From positions 278-64,277 of the forward strand of contig JAHITY010000101.1 of the NCBI GenBank assembly GCA_018817165.1: a stretch of 64,000 bases of DNA. Reading direction: 5' to 3'. A program made the translations under genes and the position numbers. The notes beneath the pieces are model-generated. The model saw only the letters and a list, made by a program, of their open reading frames with translations, had not been told where the DNA came from and ran no database searches. Shown in pieces: positions 19,459 to 28,017 of the stretch. Each line of letters begins with the position of its first letter. Position 1 is the stretch's first letter. This DNA is from Candidatus Omnitrophota bacterium (GTDB taxonomy: Bacteria > Omnitrophota > Gorgyraeia > B26-G9).

Positions 19459-20364
19459 TTGGAACATAAGATACTCGTTGTTGAGGATAATACTAATGAT
19501 CTAGAGACATTAAAGAATAAGTTAAAAAATGAGCCTTATGAGCTTATTCATGCGCCTGATGGAAAATCAGCATTTCTTCTATTGGAAAGAGAAAAGCCGG
19601 ATTTGATTATTTTAGATGTTCTGCTGCCAGATACAGACGGTTTTGAAATATGCCGCAGAATAAGAAAAAGTGAACAGCATGTTAGTCTGCCGATATTGTT
19701 TCACACGACGGTTAATACAACGGATGAAAAGCTTATTGGTCTGGAGATGGGTGCCTCTGACTTTTTAAATAAAAATTCTGATGAACGCGAATTGATTGTT
19801 AGAATAAGAAATTTGTTAAATTTAAAAAAAACCATTGATAATCAGATTAAATTTTCAGTTATTGATAGTCTGACCACAGTATATAATAAAACCTATTTTC
19901 ATCATCGGATCAGTGATGAGCTTGCTCGCGGCCGGAGATATAAACGTAATTTTTGCTGCGCGATAATTGATGTCGATTATTTTAAACAAGTAAATGATCT
20001 TTTTGGTTATGTAACCGGAGACATGGTGCTTAAAAAATTAGCGGCGATTTTTCTGCAAAATATTCGAGGAGCTGATATTTTATGCCGTTATGGTGGCGAT
20101 GAGTTTGCTTGGCTGCTTCCGGAAACAGAAATGGATGATGCTTATTTAGCGGTAGAACGAATGCGCCAGTTTGTTGTTACCAGTGAATTAGGCAAGGATG
20201 AATGTCGGGTAAGCCTGACAATAAGTTGTGGTTTAAGCTGCTTGGAAGATGTTTGTGCGAACAAGGCAGAAGAAATTTTCGCTAATGCGTTAAATGCTTT
20301 GAATAAGGCAAAAGCCCAAGGAAGAAATCAAACTCGCGTTTATGGAAAGGAAAAAGAACATTGA
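19459..20364 (+). CDS. Response regulator diguanylate cyclase (REC-GGDEF), paralog of upstream gene
   Basis: REC plus RGAD I-site and GGDEF; TTG start. Confidence 0.92.
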   Translation: MEHKILVVEDNTNDLETLKNKLKNEPYELIHAPDGKSAFLLLEREKPDLIILDVLLPDTDGFEICRRIRKSEQHVSLPILFHTTVNTTDEKLIGLEMGASDFLNKNSDERELIVRIRNLLNLKKTIDNQIKFSVIDSLTTVYNKTYFHHRISDELARGRRYKRNFCCAIIDVDYFKQVNDLFGYVTGDMVLKKLAAIFLQNIRGADILCRYGGDEFAWLLPETEMDDAYLAVERMRQFVVTSELGKDECRVSLTISCGLSCLEDVCANKAEEIFANALNALNKAKAQGRNQTRVYGKEKEH

Positions 20365-21404
20365 AATTTGCAACAATCACTTGGAAAAATAGAAAAGTTG
20401 TTTTAATTGATCAAACTAAATTGCCCGGAAAAATTGTGTTTGTTGAATGTTCAACCGTAAAACAGGTTTGGCAGGCAATTAAAACCTTAAAAGTTAGAGG
20501 CGCCCCGGCGATTGGAGCGGCAGCTGCCTTGGGCATGGCTTTGGGGATAAGCAAAAAAAATGAAAACTGTTTTTCTGCTTTTGAAAAAAATTTAAACGAT
20601 TTATTTAATTATCTTGCGTCTTCTCGGCCGACAGCAGTTAATCTGGTTTGGGCTCTTGAGCGGATGAGAAATATTGCTTTGCAAAATAAAGATAAATCTA
20701 TTGTTTTAATTAAAAAAATAATGTTTAAAGAAGCGCAGAAGATTATTGCCGAAGATAAGCAAAGTTGCGCTGAGATGGCAAATAATGCACAAGTCTTGAT
20801 TAAAAAAAATGATCGAATAATGACTTACTGCAATGCGGGGATGCTGGCAACTGTTGGAATGGGTACAGCACTGGGAGTTATTTACAGGGCTAATCAATTG
20901 GCTAAAAACGTAAAAGTATTTTCTTGTGAAACTCGCCCTCTGCTGCAGGGCGCGCGATTAACTTGCTGGGAATTAAGTGTAAATAAAGTTGATGTAACTG
21001 TGCTTTGCGATAATATGGCAGGATATTTTATGCAGCAGAAAAAAATCGATAAAATTTTTGTCGGCGCAGATCGGATAGCGGCAAATGGAGACGCGGCGAA
21101 TAAAATCGGTTCATATTCATTGGCAGTATTAGCAAAATTTCATAAAGTGCCTTTTTATGTTGTGGCTCCGGCATCGACATTTGATTTAAGTTTAGCTAGT
21201 GGAAATCAGATTCCGATTGAACAGCGCAGCGCGAGTGAAATCAGACAAAACTGGTATAAGCGTCCGATGGTCGCGGAGCAAGTAAAGGTTTATAACCCGG
21301 CATTCGATGTTGTTCCGGCTAAACTTATTAGTGCGATTGTTACGGATTTTGGCTTGATCGAAGCGCCGGATAAAAACAAGATTAAACGTGTTTTAAAAAT
21401 ATGA
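20361..21404 (+). CDS. mtnA: S-methyl-5-thioribose-1-phosphate isomerase
   Basis: VRGAPAIG, RPTAVNL, CNAG, ETRPLLQGARLT, ANKIG. Confidence 0.95.
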   Translation: MKFATITWKNRKVVLIDQTKLPGKIVFVECSTVKQVWQAIKTLKVRGAPAIGAAAALGMALGISKKNENCFSAFEKNLNDLFNYLASSRPTAVNLVWALERMRNIALQNKDKSIVLIKKIMFKEAQKIIAEDKQSCAEMANNAQVLIKKNDRIMTYCNAGMLATVGMGTALGVIYRANQLAKNVKVFSCETRPLLQGARLTCWELSVNKVDVTVLCDNMAGYFMQQKKIDKIFVGADRIAANGDAANKIGSYSLAVLAKFHKVPFYVVAPASTFDLSLASGNQIPIEQRSASEIRQNWYKRPMVAEQVKVYNPAFDVVPAKLISAIVTDFGLIEAPDKNKIKRVLKI

Positions 21405-22312
21405 AGACTTTGTCCCAGCTTGGTGAATTTAATTTTATTGCTGCTATCGCAAAAAAAAAATTACGCAATAAAGCAGTTTTAAAAGGGATTGGCGATGATG
21501 CCGCGGTAGTAAGTATTTCCCCGAAAGACTGTTTGCTTTTTACCGCGGATATGCTGATTGAAGATGTTCATTTTCTGAGAAGCGCTGATCCTCAAGCTAT
21601 TGGACACAAAGCTCTTGCTTGTTCTTTAAGCGATATTGCCGCAATGGGCGGTTGGCCGCTTTATGCGATTGTTAGCGTGGCTTTTCCTAAAAAACTAGAT
21701 AGCGAGTTTGCCAAAAAAATTTACAAAGGAATACAAAAAACAGCGCTAAAATATTCAGTGGATATTATTGGGGGAGATACCAATGCCGCGGAAAAAATCA
21801 TTATTGATGTTTTTTTATGCGGCCAAGTTAAGCGCAAGCAATTAGTTTTAAGAAGTAATGCTCAAACAGGGGATTATATTTTTGTGACCGGCGAGCTGGG
21901 CGGTTCTCGCTTTGGAGGACATTTGAATTTTACTCCGAGAATAGCGGAATCAAGATTTTTAGTATCTAATTATAAATTAAATTCAATGCTGGATATTTCT
22001 GATGGATTAATTGCTGATTTAGGGCACATTTTAAAACAAAGCAAAAAAGGGGCAATCTTGGAGCAGGAGGATATTCCAGTAGATGCCAAAGCCGGTGGCT
22101 TAGACAATGCTTTTTATGCGGGTGAGGATTTTGAACTATTATTTACTTTAAGCGAAAAAGCGGCGAAGAAATTAATCTTAGCTTGGCCGTTTAAAAAAAC
22201 AAAATTATCTTGTATCGGCCGAATTACGGCTCAAGAAGCAAGCCTGCAATTGATCAGTAAACAGGGTAAATCAACTAAAATAAAACCGGGCGGATATCGT
22301 CATTTTAATTAA
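21401..22312 (+). CDS. thiL: Thiamine-monophosphate kinase
   Basis: GIGDDAA, SDIAAMGG, GGDT, DISDGL, GEDFEL. Confidence 0.95.
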   Translation: MKTLSQLGEFNFIAAIAKKKLRNKAVLKGIGDDAAVVSISPKDCLLFTADMLIEDVHFLRSADPQAIGHKALACSLSDIAAMGGWPLYAIVSVAFPKKLDSEFAKKIYKGIQKTALKYSVDIIGGDTNAAEKIIIDVFLCGQVKRKQLVLRSNAQTGDYIFVTGELGGSRFGGHLNFTPRIAESRFLVSNYKLNSMLDISDGLIADLGHILKQSKKGAILEQEDIPVDAKAGGLDNAFYAGEDFELLFTLSEKAAKKLILAWPFKKTKLSCIGRITAQEASLQLISKQGKSTKIKPGGYRHFN

Positions 22313-22338
22313 AATAACAGATATTCGAGTTTGATTAT

Positions 22339-22809
22339 ATGCTAAATTTAACAACCAATACTCCTGAGCAAACAATCGCTATGGGAAAACAACTGGCTGA
22401 GTTTTTAAAGCCAGGGGATGTGATTGCTTTATCGGGAAATTTGGGGGCTGGCAAAACAACTCTAGTCAAAGGGATTGCTCAGGGTATGGGGATTAATGAA
22501 AAAAAAGTTAATAGCCCTAGTTATGTTTTGATTCGGGAGTATAAAGGGAAAAACATACAGCTGTTTCATTGTGATTTATATCGGCTGAATAATGTTGAGC
22601 AGATATCTTTTTTGGGGATTGAAGATTATTTTGACCGTGAGGGAGTTTTTGTTATTGAATGGGCCAAAAGAGCCGGCGATTTGCTGCCAGATGAGTATTT
22701 GGACATTAATATTGATTTGCTGGGCGAGGAGAAGCGGGGATTTAGGCTGAAAGCCCGGGGGGATAAATATCAGCGCTTGCTTAATAAATTTAAAAATTTA
22801 ATTAAATAA
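22339..22809 (+). CDS. tsaE: t6A biosynthesis ATPase TsaE
   Basis: GNLGAGKT, SPSY, HCDLYRL, IEW. Confidence 0.95.
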   Translation: MLNLTTNTPEQTIAMGKQLAEFLKPGDVIALSGNLGAGKTTLVKGIAQGMGINEKKVNSPSYVLIREYKGKNIQLFHCDLYRLNNVEQISFLGIEDYFDREGVFVIEWAKRAGDLLPDEYLDINIDLLGEEKRGFRLKARGDKYQRLLNKFKNLIK

Positions 22810-22834
22810 TTATTAAATTATCGATAAGGATACT

Positions 22835-23536
22835 ATGATTTGTTTAGCGATAGATACATCAAGCAAATTTTTGTGCATTGTGCTTATGGAAAATGAGCGT
22901 GTTTTAAGGAAATTTAATCAAGCTAAAGCGCGGGCTCATGGACAGTTTTTAATCCCGGAAATCCAAAAGATATTAGACAAACAAAAAATCAGACTTCAAG
23001 ACCTGGATTGTTTGGCGGTAAATATCGGGCCAGGCTCATTTACCGGATTGCGCATTGGAATTGCGGCGGTAAAAGGATTGAGTCTGGGTTTGAATCTTCC
23101 GATTATCAGTCTGAGCAGTTTGGATCTTATCGCGCATAATTGTCTTGATTCTAAAAAAACTATATGTTCAATTATTGACGCAAAACGTAAACAAGCATAT
23201 GCCGCGATTTTTAAAAATTCAGGAAATAACTTGAAAAAACAGGGCAAGTATTTTTTAGGGCCGATTGAGGATTTGATGGTTAATCTAAATCCAGAGGTCG
23301 TGTTTAGCGGAGACGGGGTGGGTTTATATAAAGAACAAATAAGCAGCTATAAAAACCTAAATCCTAGTTTTGCTCGGGAAAAATTATGGTATACTGACCC
23401 AAATGTTTTTGCCAAGTTATGTTATCGGGAATATCAAAGCAAAAAATTAAAACAAGCCAAAGAAATCGTGCCAATGTATTTATACGCAAATACTTGTACA
23501 GTAAGAAAAACCCAAAAGAATAATAATGCTAAATAA
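22835..23536 (+). CDS. tsaB: t6A biosynthesis protein TsaB
   Basis: LAIDTS, GPGSFTGLRIG, DAKR. Confidence 0.95.
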   Translation: MICLAIDTSSKFLCIVLMENERVLRKFNQAKARAHGQFLIPEIQKILDKQKIRLQDLDCLAVNIGPGSFTGLRIGIAAVKGLSLGLNLPIISLSSLDLIAHNCLDSKKTICSIIDAKRKQAYAAIFKNSGNNLKKQGKYFLGPIEDLMVNLNPEVVFSGDGVGLYKEQISSYKNLNPSFAREKLWYTDPNVFAKLCYREYQSKKLKQAKEIVPMYLYANTCTVRKTQKNNNAK

Positions 23537-24674
23537 AAAGACAATTCATTATCCGGCTTGGGCTGAAATTAATTTGGCAAATATTAAGTCAAATTTTTTT
23601 CAGTTGAAACGCCAAGCCGGTAAAGGCGTTAAAATGCTTGCGGCTGTAAAAGCCGATGCGTATGGTCATGGCATGCTGGAAGTTTCTCGGCAGCTGGAAA
23701 GATGTGGGGTTGATTATCTGGGAGTTGCCAGTGTTAATGAGGCAATGGTTTTGCGAGCCGGGAAAATTAAAGCTCCAATTTTGGTTATGGGTAATGTGGT
23801 TGATAAAAGTCAGATGAAACAAGCAATTAATGCACAAATAAGTTTGACGGTCGCGGATCTGAGGGGCGCTTTAAAGCTAAATAATAATGTTTCTGCTGGA
23901 AAAAAAGCAAAGGTTCATATTAAAGTCGATACAGGTATGGGGCGAATTGGAATATGGCATCAGGAAGCTTATGAGCAGATAATTAAAATTTTTAAAATGA
24001 AAAATCTGCTGATTGAAGGGGTTTTTACTCATTTCCCCAGCGCGGATACGGATCTTGAATTTACTAAACAGCAAATAATTATTTTTGAGAAATTGATTAA
24101 TAAATTAAAACAAAATAATATTACTATTTCGCTGGTTCATGGGGCAAATAGCAGCGCGGTTTTTCACTTAAAAAATTTCAAACCAAAACTATTTAATATG
24201 GTTCGGCCGGGGCTAATGCTTTATGGTATGTATCCGGACCGAGCAATGAAAGCAAAGTCTTGTTTTAAGTTAAAGCCAGTATTAGAGTTAAAGAGCAGGA
24301 TAGTTTTTTTAAAAACAGTTGATCAAGGCAGAGCAATCAGCTATGGCCGGACTTATATTACCCAAACTAAAACTAAAATTGCCACTGTATCTATAGGCTA
24401 TGCCGATGGATATTCACGAGCTTTGTCCAATAAAGCGCAGGTTTTAATCAAAGGTAAATTATTGCCGGTTGTCGGGAGAATTTGTATGGACCAGCTTATG
24501 GTTGATATTGGTCTGGCTTCTCGGGTAAAGCTAGGCGATATTGTTACTTTGATCGGCAGGGAAAAAAGGCAAGCAATATTTAGCGAGACTCTTGCAACTT
24601 TATGTGATACTATTCCTTATGAGATTACTTGCGGTATCTCTGCCAGGGTCAAGCGGGTATTCAAAAAACATTGA
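23526..24674 (+). CDS. alr: Alanine racemase
   Basis: VKADAYGHG, DTGMGRIG, GYADG, GRICMDQ. Confidence 0.97.
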   Translation: MLNKKTIHYPAWAEINLANIKSNFFQLKRQAGKGVKMLAAVKADAYGHGMLEVSRQLERCGVDYLGVASVNEAMVLRAGKIKAPILVMGNVVDKSQMKQAINAQISLTVADLRGALKLNNNVSAGKKAKVHIKVDTGMGRIGIWHQEAYEQIIKIFKMKNLLIEGVFTHFPSADTDLEFTKQQIIIFEKLINKLKQNNITISLVHGANSSAVFHLKNFKPKLFNMVRPGLMLYGMYPDRAMKAKSCFKLKPVLELKSRIVFLKTVDQGRAISYGRTYITQTKTKIATVSIGYADGYSRALSNKAQVLIKGKLLPVVGRICMDQLMVDIGLASRVKLGDIVTLIGREKRQAIFSETLATLCDTIPYEITCGISARVKRVFKKH

Positions 24675-24698
24675 CTTTAAAAGGCATAATGTTATAAT
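24671..24698 (+). promoter_or_regulatory. Near-consensus sigma70 promoter for the pilin cassette
   Basis: TTGACT-N16-TATAAT with extended -10 (TGTTATAAT), overlapping the alr stop codon. Confidence 0.65.
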
Positions 24699-24714
24699 TA
24701 AATTCAGGATTATT

Positions 24715-25065
24715 ATGGATAAAAAATGCTTAAATAAAAAAGGGTTATCTTTAGTAGAAGTTGTGCTATCAGCACTATTACTTACTGTAGTAGTGGCGGC
24801 TTTGCTTGCTACTTATCGAAATGCCAGTAATTTAATGGGTCTTGCGCGGAATAAGCTGATTGCTTTAAATTGGGCGGAATCTATTATTGAACGAGAAAGA
24901 TCGGATTGTAGAAACGCTTATATTGACCCGGCTGATACTGCGGCTAATCGAAACTATCTGATAGACGAAAAGGCTGCTCTGGCTCCTGTTATTACAAGAA
25001 TAAATCACGGCGCGCCGCAAGTGCATTTACAAGAGATTAAAGTTACGATAAACTGGACTGAATAA
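24715..25065 (+). CDS. Type IV minor pilin (PilV-like)
   Basis: Class III signal KKG|LSLVE then hydrophobic helix; C-terminal IKVTINW; likely start ATG 24715 rather than 24592. Confidence 0.85.
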   Translation: MDKKCLNKKGLSLVEVVLSALLLTVVVAALLATYRNASNLMGLARNKLIALNWAESIIERERSDCRNAYIDPADTAANRNYLIDEKAALAPVITRINHGAPQVHLQEIKVTINWTE

Positions 25066-25066
25066 T

Positions 25067-25828
25067 ATGAAAATAAATCGTGGTTTTACCTTAATCGAAG
25101 TGCAGATTTCCGCAATGTTAATGGTTGTTGTCCTTGTCGCCACTGGAGTGATTTTTTATTTTTCTTTAGCAACAATAAGATATATGCAGGATGCTTTTAG
25201 TGTTTATACAAATGCTTCAACAGCAATGAATCTGATTACCAATGAGGTCATCCGTTCTAATTGTTATGGATCATGGACAGCGCCTGCACACGCACAGCCT
25301 GTAGGCAGCTTTTACGGTGCTAATGGTTATCAACAGGAGCTTAGCCCCGGGGTCTTTGGTCTTGACGCTGCTAATTCTTATAATGCGGATATGCCGACAT
25401 TGGGAGATTCCAATGCGATGAATGTTTGTGATATGACTGTGGGAACAGGTCTTTTTTTGCGCCAGGCAACACAAGCTTCGTTTATTAGGGGTGATTTATC
25501 AGATGTTGCCGGGGATTTTCCTTCGCATGAAAAAGTGCAAATTTATGGGGAGAATTACTTTGATCCTGAGTGGACGAGAAATCGCTTGATGATTGATCGA
25601 AATGATGGAAATCCGCCTCAAGCAATCGCGGATAATCTCATTCAGTTTGATTTTCAGCCGATTGCCTATAATTGCGTGCATGTTCTTTTAACCGTAGAGG
25701 GTATGGTTGATGATCCGATGGCTGGTGTGGGAGTGAGAAGGCATCGAATTACGCTGAGCAAACAGATCACTTTGCGCTGCGCTCCTTCGGTTACGCCAAT
25801 ACCTGGCCCAACTGGAACAACATGGTGA
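25067..25828 (+). CDS. Type IV minor pilin (PilW-like)
   Basis: RG|FTLIE, hydrophobic helix, late IADNL..F.F and ITLR motifs. Confidence 0.85.
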   Translation: MKINRGFTLIEVQISAMLMVVVLVATGVIFYFSLATIRYMQDAFSVYTNASTAMNLITNEVIRSNCYGSWTAPAHAQPVGSFYGANGYQQELSPGVFGLDAANSYNADMPTLGDSNAMNVCDMTVGTGLFLRQATQASFIRGDLSDVAGDFPSHEKVQIYGENYFDPEWTRNRLMIDRNDGNPPQAIADNLIQFDFQPIAYNCVHVLLTVEGMVDDPMAGVGVRRHRITLSKQITLRCAPSVTPIPGPTGTTW

Positions 25829-25829
25829 A

Positions 25830-26171
25830 TTGATGAGCAAAATAAAATTTTTATTGGATAGAAATATCCAGAAGAAGACAACCAGAGAAAAAGCCCAGGC
25901 AATGGTTGTGGCATTTATTTATATTAGTATTGTTTCCTTGATCGCGGTTTATATGATGGCTTATGCGAATAATCTGCATAATGTTGTGGTCAGAAATATT
26001 AAGCACAGTATGTCGTTTTATGCGGCAGAAGGGGCTTTAATCCGGGTGATGTCCTTACTTTCCTTAGGGCAAGCAACTCCCGCGGCGATGAATACTGCGC
26101 CGATGACTGTTGGAATAGATATAGTTGTTGTGGGAACGAATCAAAAAATTAGAGCAACTGTTAATTGGTAG
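25830..26171 (+). CDS. PilX-like minor pilin
   Basis: Basic leader, KAQ|AMVV hydrophobic helix without Glu5, SFYAAEGAL motif. Confidence 0.65.
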   Translation: MMSKIKFLLDRNIQKKTTREKAQAMVVAFIYISIVSLIAVYMMAYANNLHNVVVRNIKHSMSFYAAEGALIRVMSLLSLGQATPAAMNTAPMTVGIDIVVVGTNQKIRATVNW

Positions 26172-26226
26172 TAATTATTGACTTGTTTTTATAATTTCAA
26201 TCTAAATAATATGGCGGAGGCAAATA

Positions 26227-27045
26227 ATGGTGCCAAAAATTAAACGATTTTTGCAAAAAATAAAGCAGCTAAATAAAGAATATTTATTACTTTGTGTGAT
26301 AGTTACTTTGATCGGAATATTGATCTATTCTTCCACGGCAACATCGCAAACATCTCCGGAAGAAATAACTTTAACAACTTTTTATCCTTGTCCGTTTGGG
26401 ATTTATGATCAGCTTACTTCTTCTATATATATTGATTTTGATAATGTGGCTCGTTGGTTTGATCCTAGCGGAGAGAGTCAGCTGGAATCTTTACGGATTT
26501 TTAATGGGATGATTGTAAATTTAGTTGCTGGGCCAAGCGGTACATGGACTATTAATTTTGTGACCGGCAATGCGTTTCTTAATATTGTTACGGCAGATAA
26601 GCTGGTAATGACTGGGCCAGCGCCTCCGCCAACATATGAAATAAATGGCGGTAATTATGTGTGGGATATTGCTGAAGGCATGCTAATTACAGAATGTACG
26701 GCGGGTGATGTTGTGATCATCGGCGATGATCCGGAAAAAGGTTTGGTTAAATCAACTGAAAAATTTGATTGTCGAATTGCCGGGATTGTTTCTTCTGACC
26801 CCAAAATATATATGGGAGCAGGAGAAGATAGCACGCCATTAGCTTTAGCCGGGATTGTCCCATGCAATGCAATCACAGAAAATGGAGCGATCAAACGAGG
26901 TGATTTGCTGGTAAGTTCTTCAATGCCAGGTTACGCGATGAGGGCTTCGAGCAAAGAAGTCAAGCCTGGGATGTTGGTCGGCAAAGCTTTGCAGGAATTA
27001 ACTTCAGGTCAGGCTAAAATTTTTGTTTTAGTCAATAAAAATTAA
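26227..27045 (+). CDS. Exported protein with C-terminal Peptidase_G2-like intramolecular chaperone domain
   Basis: N-terminal hydrophobic segment, EITLTTFYPCPFGIY, then WDIAE..GDVV..IAGIVS..LALAG.VP..ENGAIKRGDLLVSS..PGYAM..VGKAL. Confidence 0.72.
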   Translation: MVPKIKRFLQKIKQLNKEYLLLCVIVTLIGILIYSSTATSQTSPEEITLTTFYPCPFGIYDQLTSSIYIDFDNVARWFDPSGESQLESLRIFNGMIVNLVAGPSGTWTINFVTGNAFLNIVTADKLVMTGPAPPPTYEINGGNYVWDIAEGMLITECTAGDVVIIGDDPEKGLVKSTEKFDCRIAGIVSSDPKIYMGAGEDSTPLALAGIVPCNAITENGAIKRGDLLVSSSMPGYAMRASSKEVKPGMLVGKALQELTSGQAKIFVLVNKN

Positions 27046-27061
27046 AATTAAGAGCTTATTT

Positions 27062-27904
27062 ATGAAGAAAAAAACAAATCATTTTATAATAGTTTTTATT
27101 CAGATAATCCTGCTATTGTTAGGATCAGCGGTTTTGAGTTTTGCCCAGCAAGGGGCTATTAAATCGCTAGTTTTGGATACTCATGGATTCCGTTATGATA
27201 CCGCCGGGGGTGAAGTCAGAGCGGTGTATAATACTTTAGTCGCTAAACAGTTTAATGATTCACAGCTAGATGTCTTGAACCGTACTTGTTTTGGGGACCC
27301 TAGCGGACAGAGTGATTTGCATCATCTGACAGTTATTAATGGTTTGCAGTTTGATGATACGGATATGGGAACCATGGTTATGAGTGCTGTGCCTATGGGG
27401 GCGTACTCAATTAATTTTCAAGATAATTTTCTCGGAGGAGAAGCCCAGTTTGCTACTTGTACTGCCGTTAAATTTGTAATGGTAACTCCATATCCTGATG
27501 CGAGGAATCATGAAGGTAAAAAAGTATGGGATATTGCTGAAGGAATAAAGGTTGAAGCCGGTGACGCTTGCGATGTCGTTGTTATTAGCAAAGATAATGA
27601 TTTGACTGTTACTCGTTCAACTGTTAAATTTGATACTAAAGTGGCTGGAGTTATATCTGAGGCACCAAAAATATATATGGGAGATATGGCAGGCAATAAG
27701 CCTTTGGCTTTGTCCGGGGTTGTTAAGTGTAATGTGAATACGCAAAATGGACCGATTAAAAGAGGTGATATTCTAGTCACATCATCAGAGCCTGGGTACG
27801 CGATGAAAGCCAATGAAAATCAAGTATTGCCGGGTATGATTGTCGGCAGTGCTTTGGATAATTTTGATCAGGGCAAAGGAAAAATTGATATTCTAATTAA
27901 TTAG
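27062..27904 (+). CDS. Paralogous exported protein with Peptidase_G2-like C-terminal domain
   Basis: Signal peptide (SFA|QQ); WDIAE..VAGVIS..LALSG.V..NGPIKRGDILVTS..PGYAMKA..VGSAL. Confidence 0.72.
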   Translation: MKKKTNHFIIVFIQIILLLLGSAVLSFAQQGAIKSLVLDTHGFRYDTAGGEVRAVYNTLVAKQFNDSQLDVLNRTCFGDPSGQSDLHHLTVINGLQFDDTDMGTMVMSAVPMGAYSINFQDNFLGGEAQFATCTAVKFVMVTPYPDARNHEGKKVWDIAEGIKVEAGDACDVVVISKDNDLTVTRSTVKFDTKVAGVISEAPKIYMGDMAGNKPLALSGVVKCNVNTQNGPIKRGDILVTSSEPGYAMKANENQVLPGMIVGSALDNFDQGKGKIDILIN

Positions 27905-27935
27905 TAATGTATTTTAAATTTTTAATTCAAAAAGC

Positions 27936-27965
27936 AGAAGACAGATTATTCTGTCTTCTTTGTTC
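27936..27965 (+). terminator. Probable intrinsic terminator closing the pilin cassette
   Basis: AGAAGACAGA / TCTGTCTTCT stem, 4-nt loop, T-rich tail. Confidence 0.6.
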
Positions 27966-28017
27966 TCATATAGGGTTTGTTGGTTTAAGTTGCAAGTAAA
28001 ATTAAGGAGAAATAATT

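Noticed and set aside
24592-24714. Longer N-termini given by the ORF track for the pilin, pilD, DUF4416, M48-like, CDF and FtsA-like genes
   Set aside because: They overlap upstream genes; downstream starts fit SD position and family N-termini better
26227-27904. Prophage remnant
   Set aside because: Both proteins have export signals and sit in a pilin operon; no capsid, terminase or integrase genes nearby
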